A stretch of DNA of 64,000 nucleotides, taken from positions 1,171,435-1,235,434 of the forward strand of contig JBGAHS010000002.1 in the NCBI GenBank assembly GCA_044226015.1, given 5' to 3'. The notes under the pieces were generated by a model. That model was not told the origin of the DNA and ran no database searches. It saw only the letters and a list, made by a program, of their open reading frames with translations. This DNA is from Candidatus Obscuribacteraceae bacterium (GTDB taxonomy: Bacteria > Cyanobacteriota > Vampirovibrionia > Obscuribacterales > Obscuribacteraceae). Each line of letters begins with the position of its first letter. Within the stretch, counting starts at the first letter, position 1. A program made the position numbers and the translations under genes. Positions 10,507 through 20,988 of the stretch are shown piece by piece.

Positions 10507-13500
10507 ATGTGTACAGCAATCATCGGCTTCATTATGCTTATGAGCCTGCTGGTGAGACGCCTCATCAGCGGACCTTCTAGCATGAAGCCAAAAAAACAAG
10601 CAAAGTGCCCCTTCCGCTTTCTTGCGCGGAAAGAGACCGAACCCGTCAAGCAGTCTGCGGACGGGCTTGGCTGGGAAGAGAACTTTCTCTTCGGCAGCCA
10701 CCAACACGAAGTGGCCTTCATCGACCAGGCGGCCCAGGACATCCACCGCGTCCAGCAGAACAACCGCAAGTCCGGCAAAGCTGCCTGCATCTTCCGAGCC
10801 TTCCACGCCAAGCCACTTGCGGCGATGAAGAATGCGGAACTGCACGTTGCTGAAGACATCCCCGCGGAGCTACGCGTGGGCATCCTACAGCCAGGCAAGA
10901 AGTACAGCAGCACGCTGCGCTTCTCGAACGCCGCCGGCACAATGAAATCAGACCTCGGCAAAGATCTGCGAGGCATCGCGCTGCGTGTCCACACCGAAGA
11001 GGGTGAACACGACCTACTCGCCACCAACGGGCGAGCTTCGCATGCGCGTAATGCGTGGCAATTCATCGCATTCGCACTTGCGATGTCGGGGTCAAAGTTG
11101 CTCATGCCGTTCCGGCTCATCTGGAGTGTTGGTCTTTTCGAAGCTGTCCGTATGATTCGCACGGCAAGCCGCCAGGCGTCGCGCAAGATCAACAGTGCAG
11201 CCACAGAGACCTACTTCAGCCGTGCCGCGTACGCAGTGGGCGAGCGCGCCGTGAAGTTCCAACTGACGCCTTGTGCGACTGAGGAACTGGGCATCGAGCG
11301 AACGCCAGAATACCTGCATGCCGATCTGGTTGAGCGGCTGAAGCGCGGACCTGTGGTCTTCAACCTGCAGGTTCAATACTTCAAAAACGAGACGGAAACG
11401 CCTGTCGAAGACGGCTCCGTCGAGTGGAACACTCCGCTCATCACCATCGCGCAAGTCGTGATTCCGCAACAAGACCTGTATTCTCAGGAAGCCGTTGCGG
11501 TGCAAGTCGAGGTCGACAACCTCGAGTTCAACCCCTGGAATGTAACGACGGGATTCCGTCCACTGGGCAGCCAGAACCGTGCGCGGCTCCTCGTCTACAA
11601 GGCGAGCGCAGCGTTGCGGAAAGGCGGCTCAGATTCCGGTCTTTCACAGAAAGGACAAAATTCCATGAGTCATGACGATCAGCAACGACGCTGTCCGTTC
11701 GGATTCGGCGGCAAGAATCAGCCTGACGGCACACAGCCTGACGGCAGCGAAGCGAAGATCTGGCGCCCTCGTTCGCGCCGGGTCGGCTTCAGGTTGGTCA
11801 GCTATGTGCTGCTCAACGCTTTCTACTGGGTTATGGAGACGATCAACCGCGGTCTCTCCCGTGACCCGAACCGCAAGGTGTCCTGGGACAAGTGGCCCAC
11901 GCCGCTCGGACTGATGTACCTTCTCGCAAAGATCTGGTACGTGCGCTCCAACGCCCTCACGGACCCCTACGACTATGCCACCAACGACGTGAAGGACATG
12001 GGTCCGGAACCCGAGGCGGCGAAACACGGCTACCTGCCCGACGGCAGCTGGGCGCTCGATAACGATGACCCTCAGATGGGAACACCCGGCACGCGTTTCG
12101 GCTCCAATATTCCGCCGAAGAAGGTGCGCCCTGACGTGGAGGAGATGACTCCAAGCGCTCGGGAAGCGGGCAAGCTGCGCTGGCGTCGGCTCGACGAGAA
12201 CGGCAAGGAAATCACCATTCCTGCGCTGATTCTCAGCGACCTCGCTGGCGGCTGGATTCAGTTCCAGTTCCACAACTTCGGCGGAAACACACTGCGTGAC
12301 CCCGTCACACAGTGCCCGCATCTGATGAAGCGCGACCCCAAGGACAACTGGCCGGGCAACGTTGCTCGCATCGACCGAACCACTGCGGACCCGACGCGCG
12401 TGACGGATAACGGTCGCCCCACGCCGATCAACGAGAAGACGGTAGCGTGGGTGCAGGGTCAGATCTACGGCAACAACGGCGACGAGCAGAACGCGCTGCG
12501 CTCCTTCGAGGGCGGCAAATTCGCGCTCGAAGCCGACCTGCGCCTACCGGAAGATCCGAACAAGCCGGGCATCGACCACACCGGTTTCAACAACAACTAC
12601 AACCCGCTGCTGAGCTTCTTGCACTGGCTCTTCGTGCAAGAGCACAACGCCATCGCCGACCATTACGCCTACTTCTACCCGGAGTGGGATGATGAAAAGC
12701 TTTTCCAGATGGCGCGCAAGGTCAACGTTGCGCAAATCGCCCGCATCCACACCATCCAGTGGACGGAAGACCTGCTGCAACATCCGACCCTGCAACTCGG
12801 CATGCACACTGACTGGTACGGCTTCCTCGGTCAGCGCACCAAGATGTACCTGATGCGCCTGGCGCATCGGTCGCCCTTCGTTGCTCGGCTCATCAAGCCG
12901 TTGCAAGGACAGGACGCCATCTGGGGCATGCCCGGCTCGAAGTGGGAACACCACGACGGTCCGTTCCAGGTGCCGAAGCACTTCCGGATGGTCTATCGCC
13001 TCCATGAGCTCATCCTCAGCGAGCGAGAAATCGTCCAGCCCGGCACAGACAAGCTGCTCGAGCGCGTGGATCTGATCAACTTCGTCCACAGCAACACGCG
13101 TCCGCTCGTCGCCAAATACGGCTACGAAACGCTCGCCTACAGCTTCGTGCGCAAGTCGTGTGGCGCTCTCACGCTGCACAACTTCCCGCGCGCGCTGACG
13201 CAGTTCGAAAACCAGCAGGACGGCGAGTTGACCGACCTGGCGGAACGGGACCTCCTTCGTGAGCGCACCGACGGCACCGGCACTTATAACGAGTTCCGGC
13301 AGTCTGTGGGTGAACCGCCCGTTACGTCCTTCCTCGAGCTGACCGGCGGCGACGCCGAGCTTGCTCGTGAGCTGGAAATCAAATACGAAGGCGACGTGGA
13401 CAAGGTGGACGCGGGCATCGGCATTCTCGCCGAACCCAAGCCTGCCGGCTTCGCGCTCGGCTTCTGCCAATTCTACCAATTCGTCCTGAATGCCCCTCGT

Positions 13501-14655
13501 CGAGTGAAGAGCAATCGACACCTGACGGAAGGCTTCACCTACGCCGAATACGCGGAAGGCATGGACTGGGTGGAACACGGTGGTGGCATGCTCGGTGCCA
13601 TGGCTCGGCACTTGCCGGGTCTCCGTTCACAGATGGAGGGCGTCACTCGCGCGTTCTCGCCCTGGAAGGAAACGGAAACCTTCCCGCATCGTCAATTGCA
13701 GGAAACGCACAAGGACACGGCCAACGTGTTCAAGGCGGACCTGCGCACCTTTGTTCTGGCAGTCGTTACGGCTGTCCTGGCGACCATGTCCGGCGCGATA
13801 CCCGCTTGGGTAGCGACGGGTGCGGTAGCGTGTATCACGCTCATCCCACTGGCTCTGACTGTGCGCCGTATGCTCGCCATGCGGTTCATGCAGATTTGCT
13901 GGAAGAAGTGCTACACAGACAAGCGTGGGTTCATGTTCGGAACATTGACTCGCGCCGAGAACTCCATCAACAGTGCGGCGCACTTCGGTGCTCTGCACGC
14001 GCTCGCGGTGATGGTCGGTTCGCTCGGATTGGCTGCGTTCTTTGGCTCCAGCTTCCCGCTGCTGTCTGCGCTGCTGGTTCTTGTGTCCATCAGCTCGCTC
14101 GGGGTGCGCAAGTGGTCGAAGTCTTTTGCTGCGAACGCACAGGTGCTGCGAATTGCCCTGCGTAATCGCATGCGAGACGGTCAACCGCAAATCGACCCCT
14201 GCGACATTGCAGGCAGCTCCGCCTTCGAAAAGCGGTTCTGCTTCAATCGTGAGCTGCCAGCTCGCGTTCGGGCTTCGGCGAGCAAAGACAACCATGTTTA
14301 CAGCTGCTACGGCGACGTAGACATGGAAGAATTTGAGCGCCTCTTCCGGACTTACGCACCGGGTCGCGACCACCTGACTGCCTACGACTTCAATCGCATG
14401 GCAGAACAGGAGTCGCTCTATGCCGGCAGCAACTTCATGAGCCGCTTCGTAGCTCGCTTGTCGATGCTGCGTCGTTCTCACGAAGTGCTGCACCTGTTCG
14501 GCGACACCATCGTCGAAGAGGACAAGAAGCTGGTTCCGGCAATCAGCAAGGGCATGCTGCTGAGCTTCTACCAGGGCACTGCCCAAGCTCAGCTGAAGCG
14601 GGAGCACGAAGAAGGGGACACTGACCCCAGCCCGCAGCCCCGTCAGTCCAGGTAA
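10507..14655 (+). CDS. Fusion: catalase-related heme domain + alpha-dioxygenase-like heme peroxidase + TM helices + caleosin-like domain
   Basis: RAFHAK, LRFSN, FNPWN, RPLGSQNRAR.LVY (catalase-related); WIQFQFHN, IHTIQWT, VYRLH, YNEFR, RRVKSNRHLT (alpha-DOX-like); YGDVDMEEFERLFRTYA, ISKGMLLSFYQG (caleosin-like). Confidence 0.85.
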   Translation: MCTAIIGFIMLMSLLVRRLISGPSSMKPKKQAKCPFRFLARKETEPVKQSADGLGWEENFLFGSHQHEVAFIDQAAQDIHRVQQNNRKSGKAACIFRAFHAKPLAAMKNAELHVAEDIPAELRVGILQPGKKYSSTLRFSNAAGTMKSDLGKDLRGIALRVHTEEGEHDLLATNGRASHARNAWQFIAFALAMSGSKLLMPFRLIWSVGLFEAVRMIRTASRQASRKINSAATETYFSRAAYAVGERAVKFQLTPCATEELGIERTPEYLHADLVERLKRGPVVFNLQVQYFKNETETPVEDGSVEWNTPLITIAQVVIPQQDLYSQEAVAVQVEVDNLEFNPWNVTTGFRPLGSQNRARLLVYKASAALRKGGSDSGLSQKGQNSMSHDDQQRRCPFGFGGKNQPDGTQPDGSEAKIWRPRSRRVGFRLVSYVLLNAFYWVMETINRGLSRDPNRKVSWDKWPTPLGLMYLLAKIWYVRSNALTDPYDYATNDVKDMGPEPEAAKHGYLPDGSWALDNDDPQMGTPGTRFGSNIPPKKVRPDVEEMTPSAREAGKLRWRRLDENGKEITIPALILSDLAGGWIQFQFHNFGGNTLRDPVTQCPHLMKRDPKDNWPGNVARIDRTTADPTRVTDNGRPTPINEKTVAWVQGQIYGNNGDEQNALRSFEGGKFALEADLRLPEDPNKPGIDHTGFNNNYNPLLSFLHWLFVQEHNAIADHYAYFYPEWDDEKLFQMARKVNVAQIARIHTIQWTEDLLQHPTLQLGMHTDWYGFLGQRTKMYLMRLAHRSPFVARLIKPLQGQDAIWGMPGSKWEHHDGPFQVPKHFRMVYRLHELILSEREIVQPGTDKLLERVDLINFVHSNTRPLVAKYGYETLAYSFVRKSCGALTLHNFPRALTQFENQQDGELTDLAERDLLRERTDGTGTYNEFRQSVGEPPVTSFLELTGGDAELARELEIKYEGDVDKVDAGIGILAEPKPAGFALGFCQFYQFVLNAPRRVKSNRHLTEGFTYAEYAEGMDWVEHGGGMLGAMARHLPGLRSQMEGVTRAFSPWKETETFPHRQLQETHKDTANVFKADLRTFVLAVVTAVLATMSGAIPAWVATGAVACITLIPLALTVRRMLAMRFMQICWKKCYTDKRGFMFGTLTRAENSINSAAHFGALHALAVMVGSLGLAAFFGSSFPLLSALLVLVSISSLGVRKWSKSFAANAQVLRIALRNRMRDGQPQIDPCDIAGSSAFEKRFCFNRELPARVRASASKDNHVYSCYGDVDMEEFERLFRTYAPGRDHLTAYDFNRMAEQESLYAGSNFMSRFVARLSMLRRSHEVLHLFGDTIVEEDKKLVPAISKGMLLSFYQGTAQAQLKREHEEGDTDPSPQPRQSR

Positions 14656-14825
14656 CGAGCATCTGGATTAGGTTCAGGTAGACGAACCGGGAGAGCATTC
14701 GACGCAAGTCGGATGCTTTCCTTTTTCGACTCTTATTACTACCACTTATCATACGAAAGGGCATAGGAGAAATAGAAAAATTTCGATCTCAAGTGAATCC
14801 GCAATCATCGTGTGTTTGCTCAAAC

Positions 14826-15090
14826 TGATCGATATCGATCAAAAACGCTGTTTTGCAATCCCCGAAACCTAGCAAATTGGCCGAAACTGATCGATATCGA
14901 TCAAAAATCCGCTTTGCAGATTTCGGAACTCAAGAGCTGAAACTCCTGACATTCACACAAAGAAAATGCCCCTTTTCATCGATCCCCAAATCCCAATAAA
15001 TTGTCGGGATTTGATCGATATCGATCAAAAACACGGTTTCGCGATCCTCGAAACCCAAAAAATTGCCCCAAAAAGATCGATATCGATCAA
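14826..15090. repeat. Cluster of four GATCGATATCGATC palindromic repeats on a 62-bp register
   Basis: Cores at 14827, 14889, 15013, 15075. Confidence 0.88.
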
Positions 15091-15224
15091 AATCCCGATT
15101 TGGAAGCCTGCTAAGGAGTGTTCGATGCGCGAAGAAAAACCCCAGAATCTGCTCCTGCTTGCCAACCGCAACGGTTGATATAATTTGCCATCTCATTCCA
15201 AACACTTGTTCTGGAGCTTGCCTC

Positions 15225-15581
15225 ATGACTAGCAATACGCGACAAGAAATTCTTGACCTGGAAGAACGCCTGCGAGCAGCAGAATTAGCTCACGACCCAG
15301 AATTTTTTGAAACGTACCTGGACGACCATATGATCATGGTTTCGAAGGGTGAAGCAAGCTCGCCAAAACAGCACATTATCAAAGCCCATCAACCCGAACT
15401 AGGAACAAAATTTACCCGGGTTGTGATGACAGATATGAAAGTAATTGATCACGGCGACTCAGCTGTAGTCACCTGCAAAGGAACTTACGAGGGTCCGCGC
15501 GGCGTACAAGACTTGAAATTCATGCGAGTTTGGGTAAAAAAAACAGACGGCTGGCGAATCATCGCAGGAACAATCTCATAA
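15225..15581 (+). CDS. NTF2-like / DUF4440 protein
   Basis: ILDLEERL..A, GDSAVV, FMRVWVKKTDGWRII; GGAG RBS. Confidence 0.8.
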   Translation: MTSNTRQEILDLEERLRAAELAHDPEFFETYLDDHMIMVSKGEASSPKQHIIKAHQPELGTKFTRVVMTDMKVIDHGDSAVVTCKGTYEGPRGVQDLKFMRVWVKKTDGWRIIAGTIS

Positions 15582-15719
15582 AACTCGCCCCCAAGCTCAA
15601 ACTCAAGCGCACAAGCTAAACCTCCAACTATCCACTAGGCTCCTGCTCAGGCCCCCAAGCTTAAACCTCGACTCAAATCACCGCCAAAACCCACCTCCAA
15701 GCTCAAAGGAAATTTTCTG

Positions 15720-15938
15720 ATGACACAGTGTTATAAATGCGCAGGAAACGGCAAAATCACTTGTGAAACTTGCTCCGGGTACAAACAAATAAACTGCACC
15801 AGCTGCAGTGGCACAGGCAAGTACGGCACAGACCAATGTCAGACTTGCTATGGAAACAAACGGATCCAATGCACTGTATGCGGAGGCTGGGGAAAGGTAT
15901 CGTGCCCCCAGTGTTACGGCAGTGGCAATCAACCTTAA
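15720..15938 (+). CDS. Small DnaJ-type cysteine-rich zinc-finger protein
   Basis: Six CxxCxGx(G/K) units in 72 aa; AAGGA RBS. Confidence 0.75.
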   Translation: MTQCYKCAGNGKITCETCSGYKQINCTSCSGTGKYGTDQCQTCYGNKRIQCTVCGGWGKVSCPQCYGSGNQP

Positions 15939-16049
15939 GAGTATCTACATCAGGTTCCATTTGCGACCATGCACCCTAACAGCTGTTTATGCAACAGCTC
16001 AGGCGAACGAACTTAGCTCTCTAAAGATGCGTAACCCTGCATCACCATC

Positions 16050-18260
16050 TCATCTCATCCAATCGGGCAAACCGTTGTAATTCTTGCCTTCGGAACTCTC
16101 AGAAACACCCACAGGACCAGACTTAGAAGCCGCTGCTGTGTCATCCCGCTCAATCTCTGAATTTTGCACACTCGATGCAGAATCACCCGGTTCACTCAGA
16201 TTCGGTTCACTCAGATACGGAATGGACTCTATCTGTGTCTGCAAAAGCGATAGCAAAAACTCACCACGCTCTCTAATCTCATCATCATCATGGTCAAGCA
16301 TATAAGCAAAAATAGCAGACTGTTTCGGGCGTTCGAAATCGTTTCTCTTAAACATCAGTGACTCTCCATCACCCGCGAATTTAGACCACATTTGCGGATC
16401 CTTCAGCAAACAAAGCAACGAAGAATCGATTATCCAAGCAGAAAAATTGTCTAGATAAGGTCCAAAGTGCTTCCCTTCACGAGACGGATGCTGATAATTC
16501 GGATGGCCTCTTTCATTGCTGAGAAATCCGCTTAGCTCTGGCACAAACATTCCGTCATAATCGACTAAAACAAAATCACCATCGCGAATGATAATGTTTC
16601 CATGCTGCAAATCTGAATGGGCAACTCCAACTCTTCTCAGCTCACCCATCATAAATCCGAAGCGATATCGCAGGTCTTCAATTACACGCTGTTCAGTGTA
16701 GTTCTGGTCTATGTATGTGTAAATGGATAAGCCATCCACCCACTCCATTTTGAGAATCGGGAACCACTGTCCCTTGAGCATAATTCCCTTATCAAGAAAA
16801 TACAGATTTACAGTGTAAGGCAAATCATCCGCACAAATGAATCTGCTTGTGCGCTTGTAGCGCTCTTCCTGGTCCTTCATTGCGGAATTGAAGCACCGAA
16901 CAGCATACGAAATACCATTGGCTTCGAGCTGATAAACGCTTGCAAAAGCACCTGTTGCTACCTTCGGCAAACCGAGGATGCTAGTCTCGACAACGCCCAT
17001 TTGCAGCTCGGGGTCACTAAAACAGGTTTCAGGATTTTGCACGGCCTCATTATAGTCTTGCAGACTTGGCCAAAAGGGCTTTGTAGAATGTTGCTTGTTC
17101 TCGGGAAGATCCCTGAACCAATCAATCGAGGGATTTGCGGGTGTTCTCACATTACTGTTGACGCGGGCTTGCACCGGATTGTACTGAACAGGTTTTCCAC
17201 CCGCAATCAGAAGCTCTCTGTTCAACTCATCAAGAATAAATCGGATAAGATCACCCGAACTGGGCTGAAACTTGCCCGTCCATTCACAAGCAATAGTTGT
17301 CGTCTTGAGATTAGGAAGAGCCCCAATTTCCCAGCGAATCAACAGTTCGTCCTTAAGGGAGGCATACTCTGAATAATACTCATATTCACTGAATGCTATC
17401 TTTGTCTCTATGATACTAGGGGTGGTTGCATCATTGCTACATTCCCCAACCCATCGAAGTGATTTTATGTTACTGATCGGCTCGCTGAGATGACCCTCTC
17501 GCTGCAAAAGTCCAATCAAAGTCTTTTTTACATCGATTTCGTTAATATCTGCATAGGCTCTGATCGGCACATTCACCGCAGAAAGGGAAGAGGATTGCGA
17601 GAATGCCGAGCGCAAGCTCGACCCCCCCTGAATTAGCCCGACTACCGGTTGATGCGTTTGTGCCGGCACAGGTACACTATGGGACAAAGTCACTACGTTC
17701 GAAATCTGGGGCGCTGGCTGCCACGCGCTCGGAACAGTGGTCGACGAAATTGCTCGATTGAATATCGAAGCAAGCTCGATATCTATTTCATCTTCCACTG
17801 ATTTTAATACCAAATCTATAAAATTCTTCCACTCACTCGATGGATCTGTCCCCCATGAGTATTGTGTCTGCACCTCAACAACAAGCTTCTGAGCCTCTCT
17901 TATATACCACCTGACCATAAATGAAAAATGGATATAGGAACCCTGAATAAGAAAAACACTGAAGGTTGCATCGATTTTTTCGGGAGTCATTTCATCAATG
18001 TCTGCACTCCACTTGCAATCGATATCGTTTGACTTGACCAATCCACCTTTCTTGCAAATCTTCGAAATTATCCTGGAAGCATCATCAAGGTAGATCCCGG
18101 AGTATTGTTTCTTGCACAGGTCATGCAAATCGCTCGGACTAAGCGCCTTCCAATCGGCCAGCCGCTTCTCCTTTCCCTGCTCGGAACTCGCGAAGGTCAG
18201 TACACTGAGCACTCCGGACAACATGAGAATTAAGCTGATAAGTTCAAAAGCGGTCATCAC
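16050..18260 (-). CDS. Membrane-anchored protein with C-terminal protein kinase-like domain
   Basis: N-terminal TM; TGAFASVY, HSDLQHGNIII, LVDYDG, ERGHPNYQHP. Confidence 0.8.
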   Translation of the reverse strand: MMTAFELISLILMLSGVLSVLTFASSEQGKEKRLADWKALSPSDLHDLCKKQYSGIYLDDASRIISKICKKGGLVKSNDIDCKWSADIDEMTPEKIDATFSVFLIQGSYIHFSFMVRWYIREAQKLVVEVQTQYSWGTDPSSEWKNFIDLVLKSVEDEIDIELASIFNRAISSTTVPSAWQPAPQISNVVTLSHSVPVPAQTHQPVVGLIQGGSSLRSAFSQSSSLSAVNVPIRAYADINEIDVKKTLIGLLQREGHLSEPISNIKSLRWVGECSNDATTPSIIETKIAFSEYEYYSEYASLKDELLIRWEIGALPNLKTTTIACEWTGKFQPSSGDLIRFILDELNRELLIAGGKPVQYNPVQARVNSNVRTPANPSIDWFRDLPENKQHSTKPFWPSLQDYNEAVQNPETCFSDPELQMGVVETSILGLPKVATGAFASVYQLEANGISYAVRCFNSAMKDQEERYKRTSRFICADDLPYTVNLYFLDKGIMLKGQWFPILKMEWVDGLSIYTYIDQNYTEQRVIEDLRYRFGFMMGELRRVGVAHSDLQHGNIIIRDGDFVLVDYDGMFVPELSGFLSNERGHPNYQHPSREGKHFGPYLDNFSAWIIDSSLLCLLKDPQMWSKFAGDGESLMFKRNDFERPKQSAIFAYMLDHDDDEIRERGEFLLSLLQTQIESIPYLSEPNLSEPGDSASSVQNSEIERDDTAAASKSGPVGVSESSEGKNYNGLPDWMR

Positions 18261-18483
18261 AAGCTCTCATAACAGAGTCAATATGCCCGCTTAATGGCAA
18301 AATCGGCGACGGATAAAGCAACTGAAGTCATTAGTCGAACTCAGAAGCAGTTTGCACTTTTGTTGCACGTTAGCTCGATTATTCTTCAAGTGTTCCAGTT
18401 GGAACACCCAATCTCTTACTAAATACAACTTCGAAAGTGACGGACCCGTCACTCTTGTTTCTTCCATCACGGGGGCTTGCACA

Positions 18484-19956
18484 ATGGCTGAGAACGAAAT
18501 CAACCAAAACCAGGAATCGCAGATCGAAAAATCAGGTGCTGCAGAATCCAGTAATCTCAATGCGAATGATTATCAGCAAGGTGCGAACGCTGCTTCCCTC
18601 GATTCACAAAAACAGGCCACCGATGACCTGGTCAAAAACAATTCTCTCCCTTCACTTCAGCTAGCCGACAATTCGAAAAACAATGGCTCGGACATTTCAA
18701 ATAAAGACGGCAAGCCATCAGACAATATGAGCAAAGAAGGCAATTCTACCGATAACAAGGAAGGCAAAGTCGGCGAAAAGAATTCCGCAGGTGATAAAGG
18801 TCAATCCGAAGGAAAAAACTCGCAGTCACAAAAGACTGACAGCGACCACGCCATGCCAAATGGTAAATCAGATTCATCAAGCGGACAGCCTAACGGCAAG
18901 TCAGCCCAAGAAGGTACCCCTCGTGGAGACGGACAGGGCGGACAGCCTAACGGTAAATCAGCCGAAGAAGGATCCCCTCATGGAGATGGCAAAGGCGGTC
19001 AGCCAAACGGCAAGTCAGCCCAAGAAGGCACCCCTCGTGGAGACGGACAGGGCGGACAGCCTAACGGCAAGTCAGCCCAAGAAGGTACCCCTCGCGGAGA
19101 CGGACAGGGCGGACAGCCTAACGGCAAGTCAGCCCAAGAAGGCACCCCTCGTGGAGACGGACAGGGCGGTCAGCCAAACGGCAAGTCTTCTGAAAAAGAA
19201 TCGCAAAGCAATTCTCCCAAAGGTGACTCCCAACATGGTGTTCCAAACGGCAAAGAAGCCGACAATAACGGAAGCCCTAAGGGTGACTCCCAGCATGGTG
19301 TTCCAAACGGCAAAGAAGCAGACAATAGCGGAAGCCCTAAAGGCAACTCACAGCATGGTGTTCCAAACGGCAAAGAAGCAGACAATAGCGGAAGCCCTAA
19401 GGGTGACTCACAGCATGGTGTTCCAAACGGCAAAGAAGCCGACAATAGCGGAAGCCCTAAGGGTGACTCACAGCATGGTGTTCCAAACGGCAAAGAAGCC
19501 GACAAGAACTCAAGCTCTGGAAAACCTGGCTCCGGAACAGAAAAAAATGAAAACGGCAAACCCGGATCGAGCGAAGCTAAGCCAAATAACAATCTAGATC
19601 CATCCAGCGAAAAAGGTACCCCGAAAGATTACGAGAAATCCTCTCTGCCGCCCGACAACGGAGGATCCAAAGGATCCAAAGATTACGGGACAAAAGAGAA
19701 TAAACAAATCGACTCAAAAGATGGGCACGGCACACACGACAACAAAGAACTAAACGATCAGAAGAATAAGAACGGACAGATGGAATCAAAAGACAGTTCC
19801 GACTCGAAGGAACACAACGACCCCAATAGCAAACAAAAAGATGTGCCATCCGAACAAAAGGAAAAGGACGGACAGAAGAGCAAAGCCGAGTCAAAGAACC
19901 ATCTACCAGACATGTTCATCACTGGTCTCGACGCCAGCAAGAAGGTAAGAAAATAG
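18484..19956 (+). CDS. Low-complexity repetitive protein (20-aa PNGK repeats)
   Basis: S/N/D/K/G-rich ORF with two blocks of 60-bp repeats. Confidence 0.75.
   Translation: MAENEINQNQESQIEKSGAAESSNLNANDYQQGANAASLDSQKQATDDLVKNNSLPSLQLADNSKNNGSDISNKDGKPSDNMSKEGNSTDNKEGKVGEKNSAGDKGQSEGKNSQSQKTDSDHAMPNGKSDSSSGQPNGKSAQEGTPRGDGQGGQPNGKSAEEGSPHGDGKGGQPNGKSAQEGTPRGDGQGGQPNGKSAQEGTPRGDGQGGQPNGKSAQEGTPRGDGQGGQPNGKSSEKESQSNSPKGDSQHGVPNGKEADNNGSPKGDSQHGVPNGKEADNSGSPKGNSQHGVPNGKEADNSGSPKGDSQHGVPNGKEADNSGSPKGDSQHGVPNGKEADKNSSSGKPGSGTEKNENGKPGSSEAKPNNNLDPSSEKGTPKDYEKSSLPPDNGGSKGSKDYGTKENKQIDSKDGHGTHDNKELNDQKNKNGQMESKDSSDSKEHNDPNSKQKDVPSEQKEKDGQKSKAESKNHLPDMFITGLDASKKVRK
18883..19503 (+). repeat. Intragenic 60-bp tandem repeats, two unit types
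   Basis: About 5x GQPNGKSAQEGTPRGDGQGG, then about 5x SPKGDSQHGVPNGKEADNSG. Confidence 0.9.
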
Positions 19957-20160
19957 AACCTCAACGTCAACCAATAATCCCGTTGCTTTTAGAGACTCTG
20001 CGCCCCCCGGAAGGATAACATTCGTGTTATCCTTCTTCACTTTTATTGAAAACAAATGGGTACAAAAAGTGATCAAAGTGCGATAGATAGCGCGTTTATA
20101 TCATCCACATTTAATTAAGCTGTATAGCATATTGTATGCATAATTGAATTTATTCAATTT

Positions 20161-20850
20161 GTGGCACCTATGATTTCAATCAAAATCGGAACTCTAGCGA
20201 TTTGCTTTCTTGCGGTCTTCGCACCTGCAGCTAGAGCGTGGCGATCCCCAAATTACGCGAACACCAACAACTATGCAGCTTACCGAGCGCATCAATATTG
20301 GCAATCTCAGTCACATAGTTCACACGCTTCATTCGCGCCTCCTATGCCGAGATATACTCCTGAACCCTACATCGCTCCGCCAAGAATTCCTCCACCTGAG
20401 CCAGTGCAAGCGAGTGATTTTTGGGGCGGAGGCAAAGACCACAACTTCTATTGGGGTGGCGGAAGCGACACCGAATATTATTGGGGAAACAGGCAAACAT
20501 CCTCTTCTCCTTACCTCCATGGAAGTATACATCGAGACAATTATTCAATGTACACGCCACCATTGCACTGTGACACGCCAATCACTCATTTCCTTGAAGC
20601 ACCGAAATCTGGTCCAGCTAACGGTTTGCATGACGAGTTCAAGAAAGCGGATGAATTGCTAATTACAATGCATGACAGAAATGAACTGGGAACCATGGAT
20701 ATGGATTTGTATTCTCAGCAATTACTAAATATCAAAAAGGACTATTGCGAGGCTATCAAAGGTAAAACCGAAGTATCGGATCGAAGAGCTCGTGCCATCA
20801 AAGCGCAAATCTCAACACTCATTGCAGAACTGCACAAAAGACGATTCTGA
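20161..20850 (+). CDS. Hypothetical secreted protein
   Basis: Signal-peptide-like N-terminus (AICFLAVFAPAARA); (F/Y)WGGG repeats. Confidence 0.65.
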   Translation: MAPMISIKIGTLAICFLAVFAPAARAWRSPNYANTNNYAAYRAHQYWQSQSHSSHASFAPPMPRYTPEPYIAPPRIPPPEPVQASDFWGGGKDHNFYWGGGSDTEYYWGNRQTSSSPYLHGSIHRDNYSMYTPPLHCDTPITHFLEAPKSGPANGLHDEFKKADELLITMHDRNELGTMDMDLYSQQLLNIKKDYCEAIKGKTEVSDRRARAIKAQISTLIAELHKRRF

Positions 20851-20988
20851 AACCGAGTTTCAAGCACCAGGGTCGAGGCTTGCTGGAGTCATTCCATGGG
20901 AAAACTCCCAAGATTTGATTCCTGTTGCACCTTATTTGCACACCCCTATTTCTATTATCAGTCCATCGATAGCGTTGGAGTAATTGAA

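Noticed and set aside
11644..14607. Long minus-strand ORFs (11644-12321, 12544-13611, 13627-14607)
   Set aside because: Antisense shadows of the 1382-aa fusion gene
14826..15090. CRISPR array (62-bp register)
   Set aside because: Conserved part is only ~16-20 bp, intervening sequences resemble each other, one register position is missing, and there are no cas genes
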